From the NCBI GenBank assembly GCA_965112735.1, contig OZ218964.1, forward strand, positions 1,116,001 to 1,180,000: a stretch of 64,000 bases of DNA, read 5' to 3'. A model generated the notes under the pieces. It did not search any database, was not told the origin of the DNA, and saw only the letters and a list, made by a program, of their open reading frames with translations. This DNA is from Phaeosaccion multiseriatum (lineage: Eukaryota; Protista; Ochrophyta, other classes). Shown in pieces: positions 25,165-35,498 of this stretch (its first letter is position 1; each line of letters opens with the position of its first letter). The position numbers were made by a program, and so were the translations under genes.

Positions 25165-27298
25165 GTTTTCCAGCGGATGAATAAACAGGAAACACAGGAA
25201 CAGGCATGATGAGGTGGTGCCAGCAATCGGGCTTGGCGGGGGCACACGCACACGCACACACACACACACACACACACGCACACACGCACACACACATTCA
25301 CACGCAGAATGGGGGAAAGACGGACCCAACCTCACTCCAGTCTCTCGCCGATCCAACTGCCAACAGCCCGCCCAACCCAATCCTCTGACACCAAGTACTA
25401 ACCCTAACCCTCTGACACCAAGTACTAACCCTAACCCTCTGACACCAAGTACTAACCCTAACCCTCTGACACCAAGTACTAACCCTAACCCTCTGACACC
25501 AAGTACTAACCCTAACCCTCTGACCCGCCCAACCCAATCCTCTGACACAACACATGACTACAGTGACATCGAAGAAGCAGCAGTCCGGTGACTCACCTCC
25601 TTGTCGAAGTCAATCTCTATGAATTTGCCGAAGCGGCTGCTGTTGTCGTTTCGCACAGTGCGGGCATTGCCGAATGCCTCCAGGATGGGGTTGCTTTGCA
25701 GCACCTGTGTGCGTGTAACGCCAAGACGAAGCCAAGCCAAGGCGAGGTCAAGACGAGGGAAGGAAAGGGCAGGTGAGACGGGATGTCACAAGAGACAGAT
25801 GGTGACGTTCGGGACAGAAGCAGAGAACGGGGTCCGCGTTGTGGTCTGTGCGTTAACCACAGCGCTATATGGAGCTCCCCAGCCCTTCCTCCTCCTCCTC
25901 CTCCTCCTCCTCCTCCTCCTCCTCCTCCTCCTCCTCGTCCTCCCCATCCACTGCTCCTCCTCCTCCTCCTCCTCCTCCTCCTCCTCCTCCCCCTCCTCCT
26001 CCTCCTCCCCCTCCTCCTCCTCGTCCTCCCCATCCACTGCCATCCTCCTAGCCCCCTCCCCCTTGCCTGCTGCTCGATGCTGATGACGCTGTTGTCTCCT
26101 GCCAAAAGAGCCTCCTTGTCCTTCCCCCCGAGGATGGCCAGATACTTCATAATGATCTTCGTGGTCTCCGTCTTGCCGGCACCGCTCTCCCCGGACACCA
26201 AAATGCTCTGCAGAGAGGGACGGATGAGAGGGACGGCCGGAGGGGGTTAAGAGAGGGGAAAGAGAGAGACAGAGACGCAAGCAGTCGTACATGGCATCGA
26301 TCGTTTGAAGGGTGTTAGGAGGTAATACGAGGGAAAGGAGCATGGTGAGACAGAGGAGTGGGGTACAGTTGGGTTCTGACCCTGACCCCGGCTCTTTTCT
26401 TGTCTACGTACATCGTACTTCTACTTCGTACGTGAATCGTACCTGGTTTCTCTTTTGGTTCTCACTCGTCGGCTGGGTCATGAGCCGGTACGCGTTGTCA
26501 GCGATGGCATAGCAATGGGGGGGAAGGTCGCTGACATGTTCCGGGTCGTACATCTTGGCTTGGCCTTCCTTCCTGTGAGGGAAAGAGTCAGCACAGCACA
26601 GCAGGCAGATGGCCAACGGCAAAAAAAGGAGCAGACTGAGGGAAGGGAGGGCGGGAGGGACCGAAAGAGAGAGAGGGCTTCGCGAAAGCGAACACACGCG
26701 CGACTGTCTTGTGCACGTATCCATAAAGTCTGTCTATAAGAAGGAGATTCGCTTCGCCTGCTCCTGCCGGGTGCGTCTCCCGTATCCTTGGGCTCTGCGA
26801 CTTCCGCCGCTCTCACCTGTAGTCGGTCAAGATGGCGTTGGTGTACAGCGGGACTCTCCAGAAAGGGTTGATGGCCAGTAGAATGGGCCCGGTGTAGGTG
26901 TAAATCTTGTTGTCTTTGTACCGCTCCTCAAGCGTGAACAGGATGGCTGGCTCGTGCAAGTGGGTCAGGACAATCAGATCGGCCACTTCCGCCCCCTCCT
27001 CCACGGAACCCTGCTCGCCCACGTTCCTCAGCTTGAGGTCCTTCCCTCCATCCTCATCTGCCTGTGCCTGCGTCAAGCTGTAGACGGCATTCTCCCCGTT
27101 ATCCTCAAACTGCACCGTGATGGAGTAGGTCTTGTCCTCCGTCTCCACAATCTTCCCTCCCACTTTCTTCTTCTCCTCCTCCTCCCTGCTGACCACGGTG
27201 GCGCTTCTCCAGCGCTGTCCATGGGCCCCATTCCCTCCTATTACGGACTTGCGTCTCTTCTCTGCATGCTTCGCCCACACCAACGCGTTGAACTCCAT
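14914..27298 (-). CDS. Unconventional myosin: N-terminal SH3-like region, motor domain, IQ motifs, charged and Ala-rich helical tail, C-terminal PX domain
   Basis: ATG at 27298 has an in-frame upstream stop. Motor motifs: [38 protein letters not shown]-loop GESGAGKT (~26170-26195), [64 protein letters not shown]-like segments at ~18420-19260. PX: [12 protein letters not shown]...LPTLPPR...[13 protein letters not shown]. Stop at 14914. Confidence 0.93.
16870..17345 (-). repeat. Coding 18-nt tandem repeat encoding (EAKAAA)n within the myosin tail
   Basis: The exon reads [21 protein letters not shown]... between an acceptor near 17352 and a donor near 16850. Confidence 0.85.
25382..25525. repeat. 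27-bp minisatellite, ~5 copies, each containing telomere-like (CCCTAA) hexamers
   Basis: Unit AACCCTAACCCTCTGACACCAAGTACT repeated in tandem within a myosin intron. Confidence 0.9.
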
Positions 27299-28063
27299 CG
27301 TCTCCCTCTCTCACACCAAACGCCTTTCCTGCCCCCCCCCCCCCCCCGCCGCCACGAGCGTCCCCACGTATCCTTCCGCAGCAATGGCCTGCCGCCTCTT
27401 CCCACTCCCCCGCCGCCACGAGTTGACCCACTATCCCCCAGCAACGGCCCCCTTCCCAGCAGCACCCAGGCCGGGAAGTGCTAGAACCCTTGGGTAGAGG
27501 AGAGAAATTTTTTTAAATCCAAACCAAGACGAGGCAGCTACTTGACGGCTTAAAGAGCCCCGCTGCTGGTCAATGGGGGTAGAAAGGATCCTGGGGAGGC
27601 TCACACAACGCTGCTTCCCACACTATCGTAAGGCCGATGGCGAGCTTTGGGTCTGAGGGCAAGCCTATTTTTCCTTACGTAAGGATTCTGTCTTAAGTCA
27701 ATGAGACCCTCGGCCAACTCTTGATTCTTCTCCCCCTCTTTCTTTTTCCTCCCACTTCTTACCGAGCTTTATGCTATGGCCGGCATGGGAGACCGCCCCT
27801 CCCCCCTCCATGAGAGGACTGACAGGTTGTGTGCCGAGCTTGGGAAGGGCTGCTGCTGCTGCCGCTGAGTAAATGAAAAAAGAAGCGTCCCTTTTGATAA
27901 GACGAAGTCAGGGCCAGCGGCTATTCCCTCTGCCGAGATAATACAGTCCTTCATCACGATCCTCAAGTCTCTCCTTCGTTTTCCCTCCCTTGCATCTTTC
28001 TCCCTCCTGTTTTTGTTCCTCTTTTCCTTTTTCTCGTTGAATCTTTGTCGAGACAGCTTCCAG

Positions 28064-29276
28064 ATGGAGGTAGAACAGCAAGAGCGGGAAAACAATACCG
28101 ACGTGTACGGGTCATCGGCCGGCTTAAGTGCCCGGAAGATGCACGTGTGGATGAAGGCGTACCTGCCCTCGGCTGCTTTTTGTGGCTTCCAAGCAGGTTT
28201 GTAAACTTCCTTTGGCCTCTTCCAAATCCGGTTATGGTGTAAAATGCCTGAGTGTTCGGGTTACGAGATCGCTAAGAAATGGACGTACTGAGGAGGGGAA
28301 GAGGGGAACGACAAGGAGGACAAGGACCGTGGAGTTGCAAGGATGAAGTTGATTAAATTACTAGGTTGGGAGGGTTCTTTCAGCGAGGAAGAGCTCTCCA
28401 AAGGAAAGACAGGGGACAGGGAGGAAGAGGTAAGGGAGAGAGAGAGAGAGCTACCGAACGTCCTCCATGTTTGGTTGGTTGCTTGTAAGGTCGTGCGCTC
28501 AGCGAGGAATAGCTTTGGAGAGGACAGAGATAGGTGAGGGAGAGTGAGCTGCTACCGATACGTTATTGAAACTCGAGGGGATAGATGCTGCTCAATGCCC
28601 TCTACTCTCACAGACGGTCACATCACGTCAAGAGTACCCGTGTACCCATCTGATCACGGAAGTCAAACGACGTCGAGCCGACTTAGTACTGTGGTGGGGG
28701 ACCACGTGGGAATCGTCGGTGCTGTCTTATCTCGCGCTGAGACCACATCTCACATCTCCATTCCATCATCCCCCCCTGCTCCTTTTGTCCCTCGCACGTT
28801 TCTACCAAAAGCATGGGCAGTCCAGATCGGATATGTGAGGTGAGTGAAGAGAAAAGGACATGCGGGGTGGGTGATGGAAGTCGTTCACGCTGTCCTCGTG
28901 TGAGGCCAGACAAACACCTCCCTCCCTTTCTTCACCCCCCTCTATCGAGTGGTCACCTCCTTGTCCTCTGTCTCCCCTCCCCCCCCCCCCCCTTCTCTCC
29001 TTCTGTTCGCTGCTTTTCTCTCTTGCCCCCAAGCGCCACGCTGCGAGAGCTGGGCATTTCAAACCACAGCCTCTCCTACGCGTGGCTGGCCGGGCCGCTC
29101 ACAGGCATCCTCGTGCAGCCTGTAGTGGGCTCTCTGAGCGATGCCTGCCAAAGCAGGTGGGGGGTGCACTGTGCGCGACAGGGGAAGGCAGCTGAGGAAG
29201 GCGCGTGAGAGCTTCAGTCAGCAAACACGGAAGTCAACAAACACGCCCCCGAAGCCCCTATCCTAACGTACCATTA

Positions 29277-29321
<45 letters not shown>

Positions 29322-30924
29322 GTGTGTGCGCGCGCGCGCGTGTGTGTGTGTGTGTGTGTGCGTGTGTGTGCGTGTGTGTGTGTGTGCATGCTCTCCGGGG
29401 AGAAAAGCCTCGGTAGGCGACGGCCCTGGGTGCTCGCGGGGTCTTTGCTCACCATTGCTGGACTGATGGGCTTCAGTAACGCGGGTGAGAGAGATGCCAG
29501 GCCGAGCGACCTTTCGACAGAGGCATATGGGCAGAGCGGCATTGCACTTGCCTCTCATTCTCCTCTCTCCTCCCTCCCCTCTCCTCCCTCCTCCCTCCCC
29601 TCTCCTCCCTCCTCCCTCCTCCCTCCTCCCTCCTCCCTCCCCTCTCCTCCCTCCTCCCTCCCCTCTCCTCCCTCCTCCCTCCTCCCTCCTCCCTCCTCCC
29701 TCCCTCCCTCCCTCCCTCCTCTCCCTCCCTCCCTCCCTCCCTCCCTCTCCCTCCCTCCCTCCCTCCCTCTCCCTCCCTCCCTCCCTCCCTCCCTCCCTCC
29801 CTCCCTCCCTCCCTCCCTCCCTCCCTCCCTCCCTCCCTCCCTCCCTCCCTCCCTCCCTCCCTCCCTCCCTCCCTCCCTCCCTCCCTCCCTCCCTCCCTCC
29901 CTCCCTCCCTCCCTCCCTCCCTCCCTCCCTCCCTCCCTCCCTCCCTCCCTCCCTCCCTCCCTCCCTCCCTCCCTCCCTCCCTCCCTCCCTCCCTCCCTCC
30001 CTCCCTCCCTCCCTCCCTCCCTCCCTCCCTCCCTCCCTCCCTCCCTCCCTCCCTCCCTCCCTCCCTCCCTCCCTCCCTCCCTCCCTCCCTCCCTCCCTCC
30101 CTCCCTCCCTCCCTCCCTCCCTCCCTCCCTCCCTCCCTCCCTCCCTGCCTCCCTCCCTCCCTGCCTCCCTCCCTCCCTCCCTCCCTCCCTCCCTCCCTCC
30201 CTCCCTCCCTCCCTCCCTCCCTCCCTCCCTCCCTCCCTCCCTCCCTCCCTCCCTCCCTCCCTCCCTCCCTCCCTCCCTCCCTCCCTCCCTCCCTCCCTCC
30301 CTCCCTCCCTCCCTCCCTCCCTCCCTCCCTCCCTCCCTCCCTCCCTGCCTCCCTCCCTCCCTCCCTCCCTCCCTCCCTTTCTCACCCTGCCATGGCAGAG
30401 AGCCTGGGGCAGTGGTTGGGGGACCGTCCCTCCGACACACACATCGGCCTCGCCCTGGCCATTGTGTTTAACTTCGTGCTGGACGCTGCTCTCAACATGG
30501 GCCAAGGTCCCCTGAGGGCCCTCCTAGTGGACACCGTTGGTGCGTGAGTTGGTGAGCCGGGTGTGACGAGTCGTCGTCGTTCAGCGTCGAGACCTGCAGG
30601 AGCAGCAGCAGCACCACCGCCACCACCACCACCACCACCACCACCTGCATCTGGTCTTCTCATTGTGCCGTCCATTTGCCCACACAGTACCTTTTGCCCC
30701 TTCACCCCTCCCCCTTTTGCCACTTCTCTCTCTCTCTCTACCCATGGGCCGTTTTGCTCGTTCGTTGGTTGCGTCCTCCAGAAAGTTCCCATTTGGCCCT
30801 GGGCAACGCCTTCTTCGCGGCCAACAATGGCGTGGGCAAGCTCTTGGGCTATGGTTTCGGGTCCGCCTGTCTCGTGGGGATTGCTGGCTTCGGCTGGCTG
30901 GGAACCGAGGTACGAAGGGGGGGG

Positions 30925-30963
<39 letters not shown>

Positions 30964-32605
30964 TGGTGCTGGAGGAGGGAAGGGCTACAACAGGTTGGGG
31001 GCCTGCGAGCGGTGGGGCAGCCAGCAGTGCCCCATTCTCACCTGTGGTGTGTGCCTCCTCCCGCCTCCCGCCCCGCCCCCCTCCTCCCTCCCGCTGCTCT
31101 GCTTCCATCTGATCCACTTCCGTCCAACCACTTCTTGGGTGCTTTGTCGCGCGATGCCTCCAATCACCCACCCATCCACCCACCCACCCATCCATCCACC
31201 CACCCATCCACCCACCCACCCACCCACCCACCTACTCACCCACCTACCCACTCATACACGTAGGTGCGGGCGCTGTTCTTTATCATGGCAGTTGTGATTT
31301 TCTGCACTACGGCAGTCACTTGCATCTTTGTCAAGGAGAGGCCGTGGCGACCAACGCTCCTTGCGTCGCTTTCCGCGGCGGCAGTGTCTCCCAAGAACGT
31401 CCATGGCCGGGGCTTCGTTCACGGCGAAGGGGAGGTGGGGGCAGCAGGGGTCGGTGTCGGGGTCGGTGGAGGAAGAGCAGCGGTGGAGGCGGAGAGAAGG
31501 TCAGCGTCGTCGTCTTCATCGATTTCATGTGTGTCCCTTGTGAAGGACCTGTGGAGTTGTCTGCGACTCGCGCCCCTGCCGGCCAAGAGAGCCTTCGTTG
31601 TCCAGTTTTGGGCGTACTGGGCTTGGTTCTTTTGCTTTATTTATGGCGCCACGTGGGTCGGGGAGGATGTGTTTGGGGGAGACCCCAATGACCGACAAGT
31701 GTCCGCTGGAACGGGCTGCGGCGAGACGACTGTCTTTATGGACGGGGTCAAGCATGCAAACCAGGGCTACTTAGCCATGGCGTTTGTGAGCATTGGTTGG
31801 AGTATGGTCCTGCCCATGTTGTGTCGCTGTGGTGGTGTGCGTCTTGTGTGGTCGCTGCATTTGAGCCTCTTTGGCGTCATTCTCTGTTCCGTTCCATTGG
31901 TCCAGGAGGGAGACAAGAACACCGTGACGGCCCTGTTGGCGCTCACGGGCCTGCCCCTCGCAGCAACCTATCAGATCCCATGGTACGTAAGATTCATCAA
32001 GACGTAGGCGCTGCGTGGAGAGAATTGGGAGCTGAAAGTGAAGGTCGGTTAGCGAGGTGTTGGGCCTCATTGACATGCGGTAGATGTGTCCATGTGTGTG
32101 TGTGTGTGCGTGCGGCTCGTGAAGCACTCCTGATGAGCGTGTGTGCTCGCCGCTGACGGGATGAGCAGGTGGGAAAGGAGGGAGCACGCAATCAACGCCT
32201 AATCTGTTCCGACCCCCCCCCCCCCGCCCGCCCGCCCGTTCTCCCCTTCTGCTGCCTAGGTCCATCCTCACGGCCTCAATCAGCCCTGCTGCTTCGGATT
32301 CCGAGAGGGGCAAGATCAGCACTCTTTTCAATCTGTCTCAGTGCCTGCCGGAGGTTGTCGTGTCTCTGATCGGTGGTGTCATCATCCACGCTTCGTCGGG
32401 CTCACAGCAGTGGGCGCTATTTACGGGTGGAGCTGGAGCATTCATCGGGGCGCTATGCTGCATGGCTTTGGTGATTGAGCCACCGTCACTTTACAATCGA
32501 CACTCGGAATTCAGCGATACATATGGCTATGGAGGTCACAGTGGAGAGGCGAGCACGGGTCATGCTAGCCGCTTCCCCTCAATCACTCATGGCGGCAGAG
32601 CGTGA
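28064..32605 (+). CDS. MFS sugar transporter, SUT/SUC-SLC45 (GPH) family
   Basis: Exons 28064-28196, 28812-28839, 29034-29156, 29408-29484, 30399-30539, 30782-30909, 31264-31982 and 32260-32605 join in frame. Family motifs: [88 protein letters not shown]. Confidence 0.9.
28611..28728 (+). rRNA. 5S rRNA or 5S-derived sequence (divergent single copy) inside intron 1 of the sugar transporter
   Basis: About 118 nt with 5S landmarks in order: ACGG start, CCCATCTGATC loop C, GAAGTCAAAC box A region, TTAGTACT loop E, GTGGGGGACCACGTGGGAA, GGTGCTGT end. Helices are retained: AGACGG/CTGTCT, ACGTC/GACGT, CCGTG/CACGG, CCGAC/GTCGG, GTGGT/ACCAC. Confidence 0.8.
29560..30377 (+). repeat. Very long (~800 bp) (CCCT)n polypyrimidine microsatellite in a transporter intron
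   Basis: Seen directly. Confidence 0.95.
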
Positions 32606-32741
32606 GCGACGACCCACACCACAGCGGAGGGCGACCGACGGGTTTCACGTCTGATGTCTGATGTCTGATGGCTGGCATATGTCAATGAAGGGGGCGGCCG
32701 CGGGACGGGTGCTACCGCGTTGGAAGTCCTCCCCTCAGTTG

Positions 32742-32785
<44 letters not shown>

Positions 32786-33049
32786 CTGTTCGGAGCGAGG
32801 CATGTCTCACACAGCCACGCAGCCAAGGGGTTGCCTCTTCGAAAGCGAAGGCATCCGAAGGCATCCGAAGGCATCCGAAGGCATCCCACCACAAGAAGGC
32901 CTTGAGTACTGGTAGGAGACCAGAACACGTCACTTAGGCCCCGCGGGGGGGGGTCTGGCGACGGAACGGAAACGGACCTGAGCGCTCGAGGACTTGGGGG
33001 GCGCACGGTCGACCGCTAACGTTGGCAGCTCGGCAGGAGGACAGCAGTC

Positions 33050-33273
33050 AGTGGTCCGGGAGTGGTCCGGGAGTGGTCCGGGAGTGGTCAGGGAGTGGTC
33101 AGGGAGTGGTCAGGGAGTGGTCAGGGAGTGGTCAGGGAGTGGTCAGGGAGTGGTCAGGGAGTGGTCAGGGAGTGGTGCGGGAGTGGTCAGGGAGTGGTCA
33201 GGGAGTGGTCAGGGAGTGGTCCGGGAGTGGTCAGGGAGTGGTCAGGGAGTGGTCAGGGAGTGGTCCGGGAGTG
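33050..33273. repeat. 11-bp minisatellite (GGGAGTGGTCA/C), ~20 copies, intergenic
   Basis: Seen directly. There are no unique spacers. Confidence 0.95.
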
Positions 33274-35099
33274 CGGCGCTGCACCTCATCTCAGCTCGGA
33301 ATCCTCGGCACTTCCATCGGCAGTCTTGGCGTCTTGACAGGGACTTGCTACTCTCGTCGCAGAGTAAAGGAGTGCGCCTCCCGCTGTCGAAAGGGGCGGA
33401 AAGACAGACACTTGTTAACGTGGACCACTCAATTCAAGAGGCGTCATCACCAGTCAGTTATCATCACCTTGATCAATTAGGACTGACTATTGATCAATCC
33501 TGACTGACTCTTTTTAAGGGCGATGATGACTTACTACACTGATGATGATTCTTGAATTGAGTGGTCCGTGTTTGTTCTTTCCACCCCTTTGGTTTCGAGC
33601 CTATCCGTCTCTCACACACAGACACACATACACACCCACACACACACACTTTCACATATGGTGATTCCTACTAAGTCAATGTATCCCCCCTCTTGTTCAA
33701 AGGCCGGACCGTTGCACATGATTGCACGCCGGAAACTTGTTGTAGTGTAGAGAGTTGCACTTCCTTTCCCTTTCCACCTCGCACATGCCTTTGCGTGGCG
33801 GTGGAGAACGCACGTCCCTTGGCCCCTTGGCCCCTTTGCTCTGTGCTGGACTGCTGTGGCGGCGGCCGCTGTGCCGTCTCCCGAGTAAGTCCAACTCGAG
33901 CGCTCCTTGTACCCTTCTCTAGCAGCCCTGTAGCTCTGCAGCGAAGCGACGAGTGGAAGGGTCGACCGGCTGCTATGTCCACACCACCGGCACCTCTGCC
34001 TCGCCCTCTCCCTACCTACGGGGCACTACCCACTGATCAGACTCGACCCCCTCCGTCACCAGAGGCAGCACTCACTGTTGAGACTTGGCCTCCTTTGTCA
34101 CCAGTCTCCCTCGTATCCTCTCCGCGCTTTGAGCAGTGCCGGTGGACGGTCATACGTCCTGTATGTATCTTCATCACACATGACTGACTCCTCTTCCTCT
34201 TTGGGCATCGCTTCCTCCACCCAATTCTCTCTCTCTCTCTCTCCGCCACTCGACCTTCACTCTTGTCTTGCTTCGTCGACAAGACTCAATTTCAATTTTC
34301 AGCCTCGATCCACAGTCAGTGGACTCTTGTCTACCGCCAGCCTACTCTGTCCACCTGGCTGTAGTCCCTCATCCCTGCTCTGTGGTCGACGGGTGGAGAG
34401 GCAACACTTTAGGTCGTGTGTTGAGAGCAGGGCCAGCAGGGCTCAACCAATCGGCACCTCTCTCTCGACAGCGGCATTTATCGCCTTGCTCCTCAGCCAG
34501 CCAGATGGACGACAAAGACGGCAAGAGTCCAAGAGACAAGAGCATGCTTGCCCGTATGGGCACACGAGAGCCTTGCTTGTACCGACCCCCAATTGCCTGC
34601 CACTCCTTTCATCTCCAGCCAGGCCCACTTACTGACTTACTCTCTTCCCCTGCCCGACCCCCCCCCCTTCTTCTCTCCATGGTCAGGTGCTGCCCTCGGT
34701 CCGCCACTCTTGACTCGTTCGTGCTTCTGATCTTCTGACGCTGTGAAGGCTTGTCTTTCTCTCTGGCGGTGCCAGTGATGGAGGTGGCCGCATCAAGTCG
34801 TGTGGCTGCGGGTGGCCGTGACTGTCCAGGAGTGATCAAAAGAAAAACAAGTCCACCACCACCACCACCACCACCACCACCACACCCAGCAGCAGCAGCA
34901 GCAGCAAGCACCAGAAGAAGAAAGTGCACCTTACTCGCTGCGTTGCTTTCAGTCAAATCAATTGTGGCGTTGCTGAGTGACATCTTGCAGTCGCCCGCCT
35001 CTCGCTCGCTCGCTCCGGCTGAAGCTGTGGCTTGTGATGGCTCATCAAGAGCAGCAAAGCGCAATCAAAGCCACGCCGTCCGTGCAGTTGGAGGGAGAG

Positions 35100-35136
<37 letters not shown>

Positions 35137-35142
35137 CGCCGC

Positions 35143-35455
35143 TTAGAACCCCTTCCATCCGTTGGCCTTCGCCACTGCCATTCGGTTGTACCAATCCTTA
35201 CAGCCGTACTGGGGTAAAGGGGGAGAAGGAATGGGCACACAGCAACAGCAGCGCAGCAGCAATCAGCAGCATGTAGGAGTGACTGGTGTCAGGACTGTGG
35301 CTTCCTCAAGTGCGTCAAGGAGCACACAGGAGCGCACGAGGAAACGACAAGGAGCAGCTGCTCCTCTGACGTCTTGCCGATCCATCCTAATCCTTTCGCA
35401 TGGCAGCGGCAGCAACCTTCAAATACTTCCAATCCTCGTACCCTCTCTCTGTCTC

Positions 35456-35498
<43 letters not shown>

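Noticed and set aside
27541-27705. RNase MRP/P RNA candidate, from a CGGGGCT motif on the minus strand
   Set aside because: No matching GAAAGTCCCC-type CR-I partner was found. Kept only as a weak structured-element finding.
29205-30515. Long ORFs (300-490 aa) of [21 protein letters not shown] and poly-P/L/R type, here and throughout the window
   Set aside because: They are translations of stop-free intronic microsatellites and lie between splice sites of genes whose exons join in frame without them.
33050-33273. 11-bp repeat array considered as a CRISPR array or coding repeat (VVREWSGSGQG)
   Set aside because: Head-to-tail units with no unique spacers, no cas genes, eukaryotic context and no splice or start support.
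33975-34555. Possible small two-exon gene (MSTPPAPL...EQCR|LDPQSV...)
   Set aside because: The phase is compatible, but there is no recognisable motif and no clear terminal exon. Not supportable without transcripts.
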